A stretch of DNA of 64,000 bases from Candidatus Peribacteria bacterium (lineage in GTDB: Bacteria > Patescibacteriota > Gracilibacteria > Peribacterales > Peribacteraceae), in assembly GCA_043776335.1 (NCBI GenBank), contig JAYVRL010000011.1, forward strand, positions 23,643-87,642, written 5' to 3'. Shown here one piece after another: positions 44,111 through 53,966 of this stretch (its first letter is position 1; each line of letters begins with the position of its first letter). The translations under genes and the position numbers were made by a program. A model generated the notes under the pieces. That model saw only the letters and a list, made by a program, of their open reading frames with translations. It had not been told where the DNA came from and did no database searches.

Positions 44111-45892
44111 ATGATTTTCCGATCACACATAAAGAACACATCTTTCAAACATCGGGTATTGCCCGTAGCCAGCGTCACGCTCGCGATGCTCATGATCGTG
44201 CTCGGTCTCAGTTCGGGACGTCCGACTCTTGCCGACGGCGTCTGCGGTGACAGCACGATGGACGCAGGTGAGCAGTGCGATGACGGCAATCTTACGAATG
44301 GCGACGGCTGCAGTTCAAAATGCACCGTTGAAAAATGCGGCAACGGCGTCATCGATGCGAACGAACAGTGCGATGATGCCAATACGAGTTCCGGCGACGG
44401 TTGCAATCAATACTGCCAAATCGAATTTTGCGGTGATCACGTCGTGCAGAGTTCCCTCGGAGAAGAGTGTGACGACGGCAATGGCGTCTCGGGAGACGGG
44501 TGCAGTTCGACCTGCAAGGGCAATGATCAATCGCTCCATCCCGCTTCGGAGAATAAAAAAGATCAGACCAAACAAGACTCCGCCGCGCCGGTGGGGGACG
44601 GCAGTGATCAATCGACGACCCCCGTCGAAGCCGCGCAAGCCGCGGTCGCGCGGCTCATCCAGAGTCAGGCCGTCGCCGCGAGCATCTTCCTTGCCAGTCC
44701 GGATGGTCAGGATTACAAAGCGTATTTGAACCGTGAAGAAGGCATCCAGCTTGAGCAGATCATTCAGAAGATTGAGAACCGCAGGTATCTCAGCGTGCAG
44801 GAACGCGCATGGGCAGTGCAGCTCTATGCCAAGCTGACGGAGGCCAAAGTCGCCGAGCGTCTGCGCTACACCGATCTCTTGAAACAATTCATCGCGACAC
44901 CGATCAGCTCGGAGGTCGTGACGGAGAAGAGTCTCGCGAAGACCCGCCTTGTCGATGTCGAAGTGCCCGTGGCCATCGGTGAGTTGAAACGCGCCGTGAC
45001 CATCATTCAACGCGGACAGCTGAAGCAGCAGGTGACGCTCGACATCGACAAATTGCATCGTCAGGGCATCAGCATCGAGGCCAATGTTCCGCTCGATTAT
45101 CAGCAGTTTTTGAGCAAAGGCAATCGTCCGATCGAAGTCTTCACCACACTGAAGTCTCTGAAGGAGGCGACGGAAAAGTTTGCGACGAATAATCTTCCGG
45201 CTTCTCTCGAGATCATTCGTGCGGGAGCCGAAGATTTGAAGAAGATGCTTCCCATTTTTGAGCGTGAATACAGATTGAAGCCTGTCGATGCGCAGTCGTT
45301 TTTGAATGACATCCAGACGACGTCGAACGACGTGACGAATCAAGATGCGTATCGCATCGTCAGCGCCGTGAATCGATTCCTCCTTGCTCTCGAACGGCAG
45401 AAAATCATCAGTTCCGCGGATCTCGTGGCGGGCATCGGTGTTCCCCACGCCGCTGCGGGCGTGGAGCGCATGACGAAGGAAGTCGGTGACAACGCGGTCG
45501 TGCCGCAGACGACGGACATTCGTTCGTTCGTCCAGGGCATGACGACATTTGTGCCCACCGAGTACAAAGAAATCTTCGCGAACGGCACGTTGGAAGATCA
45601 GCGCGCCGCGCTTCTCCAATTCCTTCGCACCGACGATCGCGCCACGGCGCTCATGGACACGATGCGGAAGTCCGGCCGGAAGGATTTCGATCAGCGTTTC
45701 GATGAGCTCCGCGCTCAGATTTTGCGCGTTGGCACGATCACGGACACTGATACGACATGCGATGATTCCATGCCGGATGCGCTCCAGTGCACGGCGACCT
45801 TTCTCCATGACCTTCAAGACACCGTTCGCTCGCAGAGCGTCTACTCGCGCGTGGTCGGCTGGCTTCAGGATTACTTCGGCATCGGTCAATGA
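44111..45892 (+). CDS. Secreted protein with three Cys-rich (Myxococcus-type, CxxGEQCDDGNxxxGDGCSxxC) repeats
   Basis: TM/signal segment VASVTLAMLMIVLGL. Repeats CGDSTMDAGEQCDDGNLTNGDGCSSKC, CGNGVIDANEQCDDANTSSGDGCNQYC and CGDHVV..GEECDDGNGVSGDGCSSTC, followed by a roughly 430-aa helical region. TGgTACAAT ends 3 nt before the ATG. Confidence 0.72.
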   Translation: MIFRSHIKNTSFKHRVLPVASVTLAMLMIVLGLSSGRPTLADGVCGDSTMDAGEQCDDGNLTNGDGCSSKCTVEKCGNGVIDANEQCDDANTSSGDGCNQYCQIEFCGDHVVQSSLGEECDDGNGVSGDGCSSTCKGNDQSLHPASENKKDQTKQDSAAPVGDGSDQSTTPVEAAQAAVARLIQSQAVAASIFLASPDGQDYKAYLNREEGIQLEQIIQKIENRRYLSVQERAWAVQLYAKLTEAKVAERLRYTDLLKQFIATPISSEVVTEKSLAKTRLVDVEVPVAIGELKRAVTIIQRGQLKQQVTLDIDKLHRQGISIEANVPLDYQQFLSKGNRPIEVFTTLKSLKEATEKFATNNLPASLEIIRAGAEDLKKMLPIFEREYRLKPVDAQSFLNDIQTTSNDVTNQDAYRIVSAVNRFLLALERQKIISSADLVAGIGVPHAAAGVERMTKEVGDNAVVPQTTDIRSFVQGMTTFVPTEYKEIFANGTLEDQRAALLQFLRTDDRATALMDTMRKSGRKDFDQRFDELRAQILRVGTITDTDTTCDDSMPDALQCTATFLHDLQDTVRSQSVYSRVVGWLQDYFGIGQ

Positions 45893-47046
45893 GCGACTTT
45901 CCCCCTTCCTCCGTCGGCGCGAACCTGACGAATGCTGCGGCTCTGCCGCAGGCGCCCGTCGCGCCCGTCATCGAAGAGATGCAGGGACGCAAAGGCCTTG
46001 ATCTCGCCGTGATCAAAAAAGGCGCGAAAGACTTCTTGGAGTTCATGGATGCCTCCAAAGAGGTGTTCTACGCGTATCTCTATCATCGCACCGGTTCAGA
46101 GAAAGTCGCCCGCACGCTTCTCAGCGAGATCTACGTCGACACCCTTTCCCGAGCGATGTCGCTCTGGTGGTTCGGCACGCTCGGCTTGAAGTTGCTTCTC
46201 GATCATGCCGATCATGCCGTCACCGAGCAGTCGCTCGGCGAGGCCGATCTCGACAAAGTGTATGTGCCGAGTCTCGTGTGGCTCACCGATACGGAGCGCG
46301 TTTCCGCGGCCACGTTGCATGATGCGCTTTGGACGCTTCCGGCACCGGCACAACGCCTTTTGATTCTTTCGCTTTTCGTCGGACTTTCGGATGCGCGCAT
46401 CGCGGAAGTGTTCTCGATCTCGGCGAACGACGTGACGTCGCAACTCGTGACGGCAAAAGAGCTGCTGCTCACTCGTTGGCAGCCGACTCCGGAGCTCGCG
46501 ACCAAGTTGCAATCGCTCGTGTTCGTGCCGTCGCTTGATCTTCAGAGCGAGACGAATCTGCGTTTCAACATGGTGGAGAAGTACAACTCGCTCCGTCTTC
46601 GCAAGTACCAGTGGGTCATTCTCGCGGGACTCTTCGCGGTCATGAGCAACGTGATCGTCGCGAGCGTTCTCGCGTTCGCGGTCATCACCGAGCCGCCGAC
46701 GTCGCTTCGCGGCACGCGCACCCAGGTCGCTTCGCTCGACGCCGTGTTGATCAATCGCGAATTGCAGTTGGCCGACGCCAAGCGTTCCGTTGCCGCATCC
46801 TTCCGAGAGGCGCAGCGCGTCGCGGCATTCGACGTCTCGCGTGACTTCACGTCGCTCGGTCTCGCATCCGCTCTCGAAGCGTTGAAATCTCAGCAGGATC
46901 AGGAATCGGAGGTCAATCGTCTCCAGAAACTCATGCAGCGCGCACGCACGGCGATGGCGCCGATTCTTATTCCGCATCTTCAACTGGCGATGCAGGAAGT
47001 CCGCGCGATTCTCGCCGCGGGGCCGCAGAGTCAGACAGTGCGGTAA
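45889..47046 (+). CDS. ECF-type sigma-70-like protein fused to a TM segment and extracytoplasmic C-terminal region
   Basis: Region 2-like VFYAYLYHRTGSEKVARTLLSEIYVDTL. Region 4 HTH LPAPAQRLLILSLFVGLSDARIAEVFSISANDVTSQL. TM segment WVILAGLFAVMSNVIVASVLAFAVI. ATGA overlap with the upstream gene. Confidence 0.6.
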   Translation: MSDFPPSSVGANLTNAAALPQAPVAPVIEEMQGRKGLDLAVIKKGAKDFLEFMDASKEVFYAYLYHRTGSEKVARTLLSEIYVDTLSRAMSLWWFGTLGLKLLLDHADHAVTEQSLGEADLDKVYVPSLVWLTDTERVSAATLHDALWTLPAPAQRLLILSLFVGLSDARIAEVFSISANDVTSQLVTAKELLLTRWQPTPELATKLQSLVFVPSLDLQSETNLRFNMVEKYNSLRLRKYQWVILAGLFAVMSNVIVASVLAFAVITEPPTSLRGTRTQVASLDAVLINRELQLADAKRSVAASFREAQRVAAFDVSRDFTSLGLASALEALKSQQDQESEVNRLQKLMQRARTAMAPILIPHLQLAMQEVRAILAAGPQSQTVR

Positions 47047-47100
47047 TCGCAGACCGCTTCTTCATGTTTCCCTGAGAAGATTCGGGTACATTCTTTTCAC

Positions 47101-47979
47101 ATGCCTGTGCTGCCTTCCGTCTTCGCCTACGAGTCCATGGGGACGAAATGGAAGGTCACGGTCTGGGATGCGCTTCAGGACGACGAACGCAAGGAGTTGG
47201 AATCCGAAGTGAAGCGTCGGAGCAAAGCGTTCGAGTCGGCCTATTCGCGTTTCGATCGCTCGTCGCTCGTGTGGTCTCTCACGGAGAAGCACGGAGTCGT
47301 CGCGGTGCCGCGTGATCTCGTTCAAATGCTTCGCTTGTACGAGAAATTCGAAAGACTGTCAGAAGGAAAATTCACGCCGCTCGTCGGGTTTTCTTTGAGC
47401 GACATGGGGTATGACAAGGAATATTCCTTTGAACCTAAGAAGAAAATCCGTCCCGTCCCGAAGTTTTCCGACGCGCTTCACATCGTCGATGAAGAACACA
47501 TCGAGCTCTCGGATTCGGTGCTCATCGATGTCGGTGCGGTCGGCAAAGGTTACTTCGTGGACATGATCGCGGCGCTCCTCCGCGACCGCGGATACAAGCG
47601 CTTCCTCGTCGACGGGAGCGGCGATATTTTCTACGAAGGAGACGGGCAGACACTCCGTTGCGGGCTCGAGCATCCCGCCGACGCGACCAAAGTGATCGGC
47701 GTCCTCACGATCACCGGCGGCGCGTTCTGCGGCTCCGCGAGCAATCGGCGACGGTGGCACAACTATCATCACATCATCGACCCGCAGTCCCTCGCCTCGC
47801 CGCAACATATTCTCGCCACATGGGTGCAGGCGCCGACCGCCGCCGAGGCCGACGCGCTCGCGACGTGCGTCTTCCTCTGTGACCCCGAGAAATTTTCTTC
47901 AGAGCATTTCGAGTATTGCATGTTGAATGACAAGCATGCCGTCAAACGTTCCGCGGGATTCGGAGCGGAATTGTTTTAG
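47101..47979 (+). CDS. apbE: FAD:protein FMN transferase
   Basis: FTPLVG, IDVGAVGKGYFVD, LVDGSGDI and HIIDP motifs. TACATT lies 8 nt upstream of the ATG. Confidence 0.87.
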   Translation: MPVLPSVFAYESMGTKWKVTVWDALQDDERKELESEVKRRSKAFESAYSRFDRSSLVWSLTEKHGVVAVPRDLVQMLRLYEKFERLSEGKFTPLVGFSLSDMGYDKEYSFEPKKKIRPVPKFSDALHIVDEEHIELSDSVLIDVGAVGKGYFVDMIAALLRDRGYKRFLVDGSGDIFYEGDGQTLRCGLEHPADATKVIGVLTITGGAFCGSASNRRRWHNYHHIIDPQSLASPQHILATWVQAPTAAEADALATCVFLCDPEKFSSEHFEYCMLNDKHAVKRSAGFGAELF

Positions 47980-47983
47980 GAAC

Positions 47984-48526
47984 TCAGGAAGCAGCCGCTT
48001 CGACTTTGATCTTTTGCACGGCATCCATGAAGCCGATCGGCGTCAGCGACGAACCGTTCACGACGTCGAGCATGACCTCATCGATCGATTTGCCGATGAC
48101 AAGCTGTTTGTAGCCTTCGCCGAATGCAGCTTGCATCATCTGGCTTCTGCCGCCCTGAGCGGTTCCTTCGTACGAGGTATCGGTGATGACGCTGTTTTGG
48201 AGCGTGAGTGAGACATTGATCTCTTCTGCGCCCGAAGGCGACATGTAATCGCCGGCCGCTGAGAACGTTCCGTCTTTATATGCGTGACGCTGTTTCATAA
48301 GCGAGGAAGAATCTTTCGCTGGCATGCTCGATGCCGCAGTCGTGTTCTCCTGCGATGCGCTCATGGCGTCGGAGGGGGGGACGACCGCATCGTTTTTTCC
48401 CGTCGAACATCCCGAAAGAAGCATGCCCATCATCGCGGCCGCCACGATCGGCTCGCGCATGTTGAGTTGCAGATCGTCATCGGACATCGAGGATTGAGAG
48501 GCGAAGAAGTTCTGAGGTTGAGTCAT
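47984..48526 (-). CDS. FMN-binding-domain lipoprotein (probable ApbE substrate)
   Basis: Lipobox LLSGC. YKDGTFSAAGDYMSPSGAEEINVSLTLQNSVITD resembles FMN_bind. DVVNGSSLT resembles the Dxx(s/t)gA(T/S) flavinylation motif. Start uncertain (48526 or 48460). Confidence 0.6.
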   Translation of the reverse strand: MTQPQNFFASQSSMSDDDLQLNMREPIVAAAMMGMLLSGCSTGKNDAVVPPSDAMSASQENTTAASSMPAKDSSSLMKQRHAYKDGTFSAAGDYMSPSGAEEINVSLTLQNSVITDTSYEGTAQGGRSQMMQAAFGEGYKQLVIGKSIDEVMLDVVNGSSLTPIGFMDAVQKIKVEAAAS

Positions 48527-48651
48527 GGAACGGTGGGAAAAAATCGGACAGATCGTAACGATGTCACGGCGAAGAGTACAGATGCGGGGTTAAGGAGGCA
48601 TTAAGGAAGCGATTTCATTGTGAGCGCGATGTGCGCGTTCAATGTCCGCCT

Positions 48652-49104
48652 CTACTTCTTGCAACTCTTCTTGCTCATCGCGTCGTGGATTTCCGTGGCG
48701 GTGCGACCGAGGACGCTCGCGAGATACTTTTCGAACCATGTGCGCATGTTGGCATCTTCGAAATGCATGCGGCTCATGCTGCAGAGGAACGCTTTTTCAT
48801 CGCCATCCATGGATGGAGCACTGCCGGTGAACGGAGTGTTGAAACGATGGAAGACATTCGGATACGACGATTTCGCCGTGTAGAGCGTCGCCTTGATGAT
48901 CGCGTCCATGCCGTGACCGGAATGTCCGCCCTTGCCTCCACCTCCGCTACCTCCGCCACCTGAAGAGCCGCCGGATGATCCGCCACCTCCTCCGCCACTA
49001 CTTCCTCCTCCGTCTTCAGCGAATGCGAGAGGTGTGGCGATGAGAGCAACGGTGAATGCCGCAGCCAGCGTGGCTCGCGACAGATGCTTCAGGGAGAGAT
49101 GCAC
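48652..49104 (-). CDS. Secreted hypothetical protein with a Gly/Ser-rich linker
   Basis: GTG start. Signal peptide LSRATLAAAFTVALIATPLAFA, then GGGSSGGGGGGSSGGSSGGGGSGGGGKGG, then a roughly 85-aa C-terminal domain of unknown family. Confidence 0.55.
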   Translation of the reverse strand: MHLSLKHLSRATLAAAFTVALIATPLAFAEDGGGSSGGGGGGSSGGSSGGGGSGGGGKGGHSGHGMDAIIKATLYTAKSSYPNVFHRFNTPFTGSAPSMDGDEKAFLCSMSRMHFEDANMRTWFEKYLASVLGRTATEIHDAMSKKSCKK

Positions 49105-49235
49105 GGGAATGTGGGGGGGAGGGATAGAACTCCATCGTAACCGCTGTTGAGTGAATTTAAAAAGCTTTTTCCTCTTCTCGGGTTTGGCCGCGGCCGTTTT
49201 CTTGATTTTTTACGGTGGCGTTCCATGATGCACGG

Positions 49236-49508
49236 ATGAAGTCCCTTCGCGCCCGCAGTTGTAGCAGCATCTACGAACAAGTGGCTCGCATGGACATGGT
49301 CGTCGTGCGGATGGTGTCGCCGCACGCGGGGTTGCTCTTCCGCGAACGGATGTACACGGTGCTGAATACCGCCCCGCGCGTCACGTGTGTAAATTCCCGC
49401 TCGGGCTTTTTCGAGATCGAGACGGTTTGGCAAATCCTTCAAGAGATGAACGCCATCATCGATGCGCTACATTTGCCGATCGACATCGACGGCAACGTGA
49501 GGACGTGA
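49236..49508 (+). CDS. Small hypothetical protein (90 aa)
   Basis: Strong GC3 bias in this frame. CATGAT lies 6 nt upstream of the ATG. Preferred over the overlapping minus-strand ORF 49089-49442. Confidence 0.4.
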   Translation: MKSLRARSCSSIYEQVARMDMVVVRMVSPHAGLLFRERMYTVLNTAPRVTCVNSRSGFFEIETVWQILQEMNAIIDALHLPIDIDGNVRT

Positions 49509-49632
49509 GATTTGCCGAAAGGATGCGAAATTTTCAGATCGAATGTTTTTAAAAGTGGCGGGACATTCTGGATACCGTCAGAACTTGACTCAATCGTGAC
49601 AATTCTAAACTTCTTTTATAAAGTTATAAGCC

Positions 49633-50310
49633 ATGAACATTGATCTCTACGCGTATCTCGTCCTTGGAATATTTTTCTTCGGACTATGGATTATTTTTTA
49701 CGCGCTTCGTCCGGATCTCCGCCCTATGATGCTCTGGGCTTCACTCGCAGGTGCTATTTCTGGCCCGCTATCGGAAATTTGGTACTTTAAGGATTACTGG
49801 CTTCCGCCTACGATCGTCGGACAGGGCGTGATCTCTCCCGAGGACGTGCTTTTCGGCTTCTCGGTCTTTGGTGTCGCGGTGGCTGCGCTTCCTACAATCA
49901 CACGGACATACTTCACAGATCAGTATCCGAAACATTCGTGGCTCCTAGCAGCATTTATCCTGTCGTTCTTCGCAGGATTTCTTCTTTTCACAGATCTCCT
50001 CGGAATCAATTCCATCGTCGCGGCATCCCTAACTCTTTTGCTCTGGACCACCGGCATCGTGATGGTGCGGCGCGATCTTTTCTGGTTGTCGTTCAAAAGC
50101 GGACTGCTCCTCACGGTATTTTCGATCATCATCTATATTCCCCTCTTGGAGGTTGCAAACGACTACCTCCGTCAGTATTGGCTTCTTTGGGATCAGCCTA
50201 TCGGGATAACAATCCTTGGAGGTGCCCCTCTGACAGAAGTCATCTGGTATTTCTGCCTGGGTTCCTCATCAGTATTTTTTCTCTACATCAAAGGCAAGAA
50301 GCTGAAATAG
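49633..50310 (+). CDS. Membrane protein with two lycopene-cyclase-domain-like halves
   Basis: Six to seven TM segments. ISPEDVLFGF and PLTEVIWYF resemble the PxE(E/D) motif of CrtYc/Yd-type domains (from memory). The gene is AT-richer than its surroundings. Confidence 0.5.
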   Translation: MNIDLYAYLVLGIFFFGLWIIFYALRPDLRPMMLWASLAGAISGPLSEIWYFKDYWLPPTIVGQGVISPEDVLFGFSVFGVAVAALPTITRTYFTDQYPKHSWLLAAFILSFFAGFLLFTDLLGINSIVAASLTLLLWTTGIVMVRRDLFWLSFKSGLLLTVFSIIIYIPLLEVANDYLRQYWLLWDQPIGITILGGAPLTEVIWYFCLGSSSVFFLYIKGKKLK

Positions 50311-50320
50311 TTTTTGAGAA

Positions 50321-50397
50321 TGGCGGAGCCAACGAGATTCGAACTCGCGACCTCTTCCGTGACAGGGAAGCGCTCTAACCAGCTGAGCTATGGCTCC
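50321..50397 (-). tRNA. tRNA-Asp (anticodon GTC)
   Basis: Minus strand GGAGCCATAGCTCAGCTGGTTAGAGCGCTTCCCTGTCACGGAAGAGGTCGCGAGTTCGAATCTCGTTGGCTCCGCCA. Anticodon loop CT-GTC-AC. CCA encoded. Confidence 0.92.
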
Positions 50398-50526
50398 ACA
50401 CGAGTGGTTCATTTTCTGCTTGTCACTAAAACGGTGTCACAAGGATCAGGCGCGGCGCTGCACTGTACTGCAGCTGACAGAGACTAGCAAACTAGCTCAG
50501 GCCTGACAATGCGACCGTAGTGCGCC

Positions 50527-52188
50527 TTACGCGTGTTTCCACGCCTTCTCAATGTACTCGTTCAAGCAACGATGCGTGTTGAACGTGCCCGCGAGGCCGA
50601 TGCTGCGCTTCATGCGTCGCGCCCAGCGGACGTGATCGGGGTAGACGTACTCGGGAATCACTTGGTATTGGAGCTGCGTGTACAGATCCTCCGCATCGAT
50701 GGTGCGCGTGTCATCGGCGTCCAGCGCTTGTGAGAGTGGTCCGATGCGCCAGCCTGACTGCGGATCCATTTCATAGCCTTCGATCCACCAACCGTCGAGC
50801 GTCGAGAGATTGATCGTGCCGTTCACGGCCGCCTTCATGCCCGAGGTTCCGGATGCTTCGTGCAAACGTGTCGGCGTATTCAGCCAGACGTCGGCGCCGG
50901 AGACGAGTAAGCGCGCGAGATCGGGATTGTAATTCGGCAAATAGACGATCGAGATTTTGTCTTTCAATTCGCGACTCCGTTGGATCATGCGTTGGATCAC
51001 TTCCTGTCCGAACGGATCGGCGGGATGCGCGTTGCCGGAGTGGATGATTTGCAATTTTCCTTGCCCCGCTTCGATGAGACGTTCGAGATTCGTGTAGAGC
51101 AGCTCCGGACGCTTGTACGCGACGACTCTGCGCGCACTCGCGATCGTGAGCACGTCCTCCTTCAGCGGCACCGGCGCGTATTTGTTCGCTTCGGCGATCA
51201 ATCTTCGTTTGGCCGAACCGTGCGCTGCGAGGAGCTCCGCATCCGGAATCTCGCGGCAATGCTTCGAAAGCAACGTCGGGTCGAGCTGCCAACCAGGTGC
51301 ATACTTGTCGAATAGATCTTTTATTTCCTTCGACGTCCAACGTCCGAGGTGCACGCCGTTCGTGATGTATCCGATGTTTTCGTTTGGGAACATTCTGTTG
51401 CTCACCATGCCGTGGACGCGCGACACCGCGAAACTTTTTTTCGACAGATGCATCGCGAGATGCGTCATCGAGAGAGCATCATCGCCCGCGAGCTTTTTGA
51501 TGTGCCACGGCAGGTTGTCGCCGAGCACCTTCCACGCCATGTCATACGGGAAGACATCGTGCCCCGCTTTCACCGGCGTGTGCGTGGTGAACGCGCAGGA
51601 CGGACGGACGTTTTCATCCTTGAAGTCGCGCTCTTTGAGAAGCTCCAGCGTCAAAAATGCGGCATGGCCTTCGTTCATGTGGAACGTGCCGATCTCGCCG
51701 TATCCGAGGGCTCGGAGCATCCTGACGCCGCCGATGCCGAGCACCGCTTCTTGCTTCAAGCGCATCGTGCCGTCTCCGCCGTAGAGATAACTGGTGATCG
51801 CACGATCTTCGGCGCGATTTTCCGTGAGATTCGTATCGAGAAAAAAGACCGGTACTTTGTGGTCTCCGTCTTTCAGATCCAGCGCCCACGCGCCGATCGT
51901 GACATCGCGTCCTTCGAGTGTCATTTTCACTTTGTTCGGAAGCAACGTCAGGTGATCCTGCGGTCGCCAATCGGTTTGCGTGTAGGACTGCGAACCGTCT
52001 TCGCGAATGTCTTGATGCATGTAGCCGTGTTGCCAGCACATCGTGACGCATGCGGCGTCGAGATGAAGATCGCGCGCGGAGAGCATCAGATCAGCCGCGA
52101 GCATGCCGAGGCCGCCGGCGTACGTCGGAATCTCGGCCTTCAGGCCGATTTCCATCGTGAAGTACGCGACGGTGAGGTTGTTTTTCAT
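50527..52188 (-). CDS. glgP: Alpha-glucan family phosphorylase
   Basis: AYFTMEIGL...IPTYAGGLGMLAAD, EASGTSGMKAAVNG (PLP Lys region). Start at ATG 52188 (MKNNLTVAYF). Confidence 0.9.
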   Translation of the reverse strand: MKNNLTVAYFTMEIGLKAEIPTYAGGLGMLAADLMLSARDLHLDAACVTMCWQHGYMHQDIREDGSQSYTQTDWRPQDHLTLLPNKVKMTLEGRDVTIGAWALDLKDGDHKVPVFFLDTNLTENRAEDRAITSYLYGGDGTMRLKQEAVLGIGGVRMLRALGYGEIGTFHMNEGHAAFLTLELLKERDFKDENVRPSCAFTTHTPVKAGHDVFPYDMAWKVLGDNLPWHIKKLAGDDALSMTHLAMHLSKKSFAVSRVHGMVSNRMFPNENIGYITNGVHLGRWTSKEIKDLFDKYAPGWQLDPTLLSKHCREIPDAELLAAHGSAKRRLIAEANKYAPVPLKEDVLTIASARRVVAYKRPELLYTNLERLIEAGQGKLQIIHSGNAHPADPFGQEVIQRMIQRSRELKDKISIVYLPNYNPDLARLLVSGADVWLNTPTRLHEASGTSGMKAAVNGTINLSTLDGWWIEGYEMDPQSGWRIGPLSQALDADDTRTIDAEDLYTQLQYQVIPEYVYPDHVRWARRMKRSIGLAGTFNTHRCLNEYIEKAWKHA

Positions 52189-52250
52189 GTTTCTAAATAT
52201 TATTATACCATATTTATCGAATAATTGCACATTGGCTTGGAATGCCGAAG

Positions 52251-52259
52251 TGGTACTGT
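52251..52259 (+). promoter_or_regulatory. Extended -10 (TGgTACTGT) 6 nt upstream of ATG 52266
   Basis: aagTGgTACTGTttcgtcATG. Confidence 0.45.
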
Positions 52260-52265
52260 TTCGTC

Positions 52266-52541
52266 ATGAGTAGCGGACATCCCGAAGGCGATCGAAATGA
52301 CCCGCAGCCTCTCGCCGAGACGGGTGTCGCCGCGGGCGAAGATGTTGCGCCCGATTCACCTCTCACGGATGCGCAGTGGAATGCGCTGCTCGATGATCAA
52401 CCGCTGCCCGTCGGCGAGCTGACGGACGATGCGCGCGCGAGATTCGCGAAGACGGTGGATGCGGGGCTCGATCTTGAAGATCCGAAGACGTGGGAAGGGA
52501 TCGTCAGGAAGCCGTTCGTCGACGATGAAACCGAGTCGTAG
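52266..52541 (+). CDS. Small acidic hypothetical protein
   Basis: D/E-rich and GC3-rich. Start chosen from the promoter position; ATG 52242 is the alternative. Confidence 0.45.
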   Translation: MSSGHPEGDRNDPQPLAETGVAAGEDVAPDSPLTDAQWNALLDDQPLPVGELTDDARARFAKTVDAGLDLEDPKTWEGIVRKPFVDDETES

Positions 52542-52583
52542 GCTTCAGGAGAACATTGAAGTGATCGTCTATACTCATCTCGC

Positions 52584-53966
52584 ATGATCGATCCGCACAT
52601 TTTTCGCGCCTACGATATTCGCGGCAAAGCGGGCACGCAGCTCACGACCGAGGCGTGTCTCTTGATCGGCAAAGCGTTCGGCGCGGTTTTGTTTGAAAAA
52701 TACGGCGAAGAGCATCCGCATCCGACCGTCGCCGTCGGGCGCGATGCGCGGACGCACAGTCCCGCATTCGAGTCCGCGCTCATCGACGGCTTGGTGTCCG
52801 CGGGTTGCAACGTTCTTCGGATCGGCCAGACGCCGAGTCCTTTGAATTATTTCACGATTTGCAATTCGCATTTCGATGCCGGCGTGCAGATCACCGCCAG
52901 TCACAATCCGAAGGAAGACAACGGCATCAAATTGCAGCTTCGCGATGCCGAGGCGTACAGCGGCGCGGATTTGCAAGATCTGCGTGAGCGCATCGAGAAG
53001 AAAGTTTTTCGCACAGCCGAAGGATCCGTCGAAGATCTGGACGCGATCACGCCGTACAAAGCGTATCTTGCGAAGATGTTCGCGGGTATCGGGAAGAGTA
53101 AAAAAGTCGTTGTGGATGCGGGAAACGGCGTGGCCGGACCCGTGTACTGCGATGTCCTTCGATCCGCGGGATGCCAAGTGATCGAGATGTACACGGAGCC
53201 GGACGGCACGTTCCCGAATCACGCCGCCGATCCGAGCAAGCATTCCACGCTCGCGGAGTTGCAGGCGCGCGTCGTCGCGGAAAAAGCGGATTGCGGATTC
53301 GCGTTCGACGGCGACGGCGATCGCGTCGGCTTGGTCGACGAGAAAGGCGCGATCGTGACCGCCGATTCGGCGTTGTTGCTCCTCGCGCGGGATCATCTGT
53401 CCCGCCATGCGGGCGCTCCGGTTATTTTCACGGTGAGCAATTCGAGTTTGCTCGAGACGGAGGTGAAGAAATGGCGCGGCAATCCCGTGATGTGCAAAGT
53501 AGGACATTCGTTCGTGGAACATGCGATGCGAGAGCACGACGCCTTGCTCGGCGGCGAACAGTCAGGGCATTTTTTCTGCGGCGAAGATTATTTCGGCTTC
53601 GATGACGCCATCGTCGCGGCGTTGCGCTTGCTCTCGATTCTCCACGCACGGAAGAAAAGCGTGTCGTCGTTGATCGCGGAATTTCCCCGTGTGTATCAGA
53701 TGGCCGAACGTCGTCCGCACTGTGCGGATGCGAAAAAAGCAGACGTCGTTCGTCGTGCCACCGAGTTCTTCGCCAAGAATCATCCCGTTGTCACGCTCGA
53801 CGGCGCGCGCATCGATTTCGGTGAGGGTGCGTGGGCGGGCATCCGGTTCAGCAATACGTCGCCCTGCCTCTCGATCTGCATCGAAGCTCGCAGTCCCGAG
53901 AAACTGAAGGCGGTGGAGGCCGAAGTTCTCGCGCATCTCGGAACGTATCCCGAGGTCGAGATGTAG
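52584..53966 (+). CDS. Phosphomannomutase/phosphoglucomutase (alpha-D-phosphohexomutase)
   Basis: IFRAYDIRG, active-site TASHNPKEDNGIK, FDGDGDR and GGEQSGH. TATACT lies 8 nt upstream of the ATG. Confidence 0.92.
   Translation: MIDPHIFRAYDIRGKAGTQLTTEACLLIGKAFGAVLFEKYGEEHPHPTVAVGRDARTHSPAFESALIDGLVSAGCNVLRIGQTPSPLNYFTICNSHFDAGVQITASHNPKEDNGIKLQLRDAEAYSGADLQDLRERIEKKVFRTAEGSVEDLDAITPYKAYLAKMFAGIGKSKKVVVDAGNGVAGPVYCDVLRSAGCQVIEMYTEPDGTFPNHAADPSKHSTLAELQARVVAEKADCGFAFDGDGDRVGLVDEKGAIVTADSALLLLARDHLSRHAGAPVIFTVSNSSLLETEVKKWRGNPVMCKVGHSFVEHAMREHDALLGGEQSGHFFCGEDYFGFDDAIVAALRLLSILHARKKSVSSLIAEFPRVYQMAERRPHCADAKKADVVRRATEFFAKNHPVVTLDGARIDFGEGAWAGIRFSNTSPCLSICIEARSPEKLKAVEAEVLAHLGTYPEVEM

Noticed and set aside
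49089-49442. A minus-strand 117-aa ORF.
   Set aside because: The opposite-strand frame (49236-49508) carries the GC3 bias and a correctly spaced -10. The minus-strand product is Arg/His/Pro-rich.
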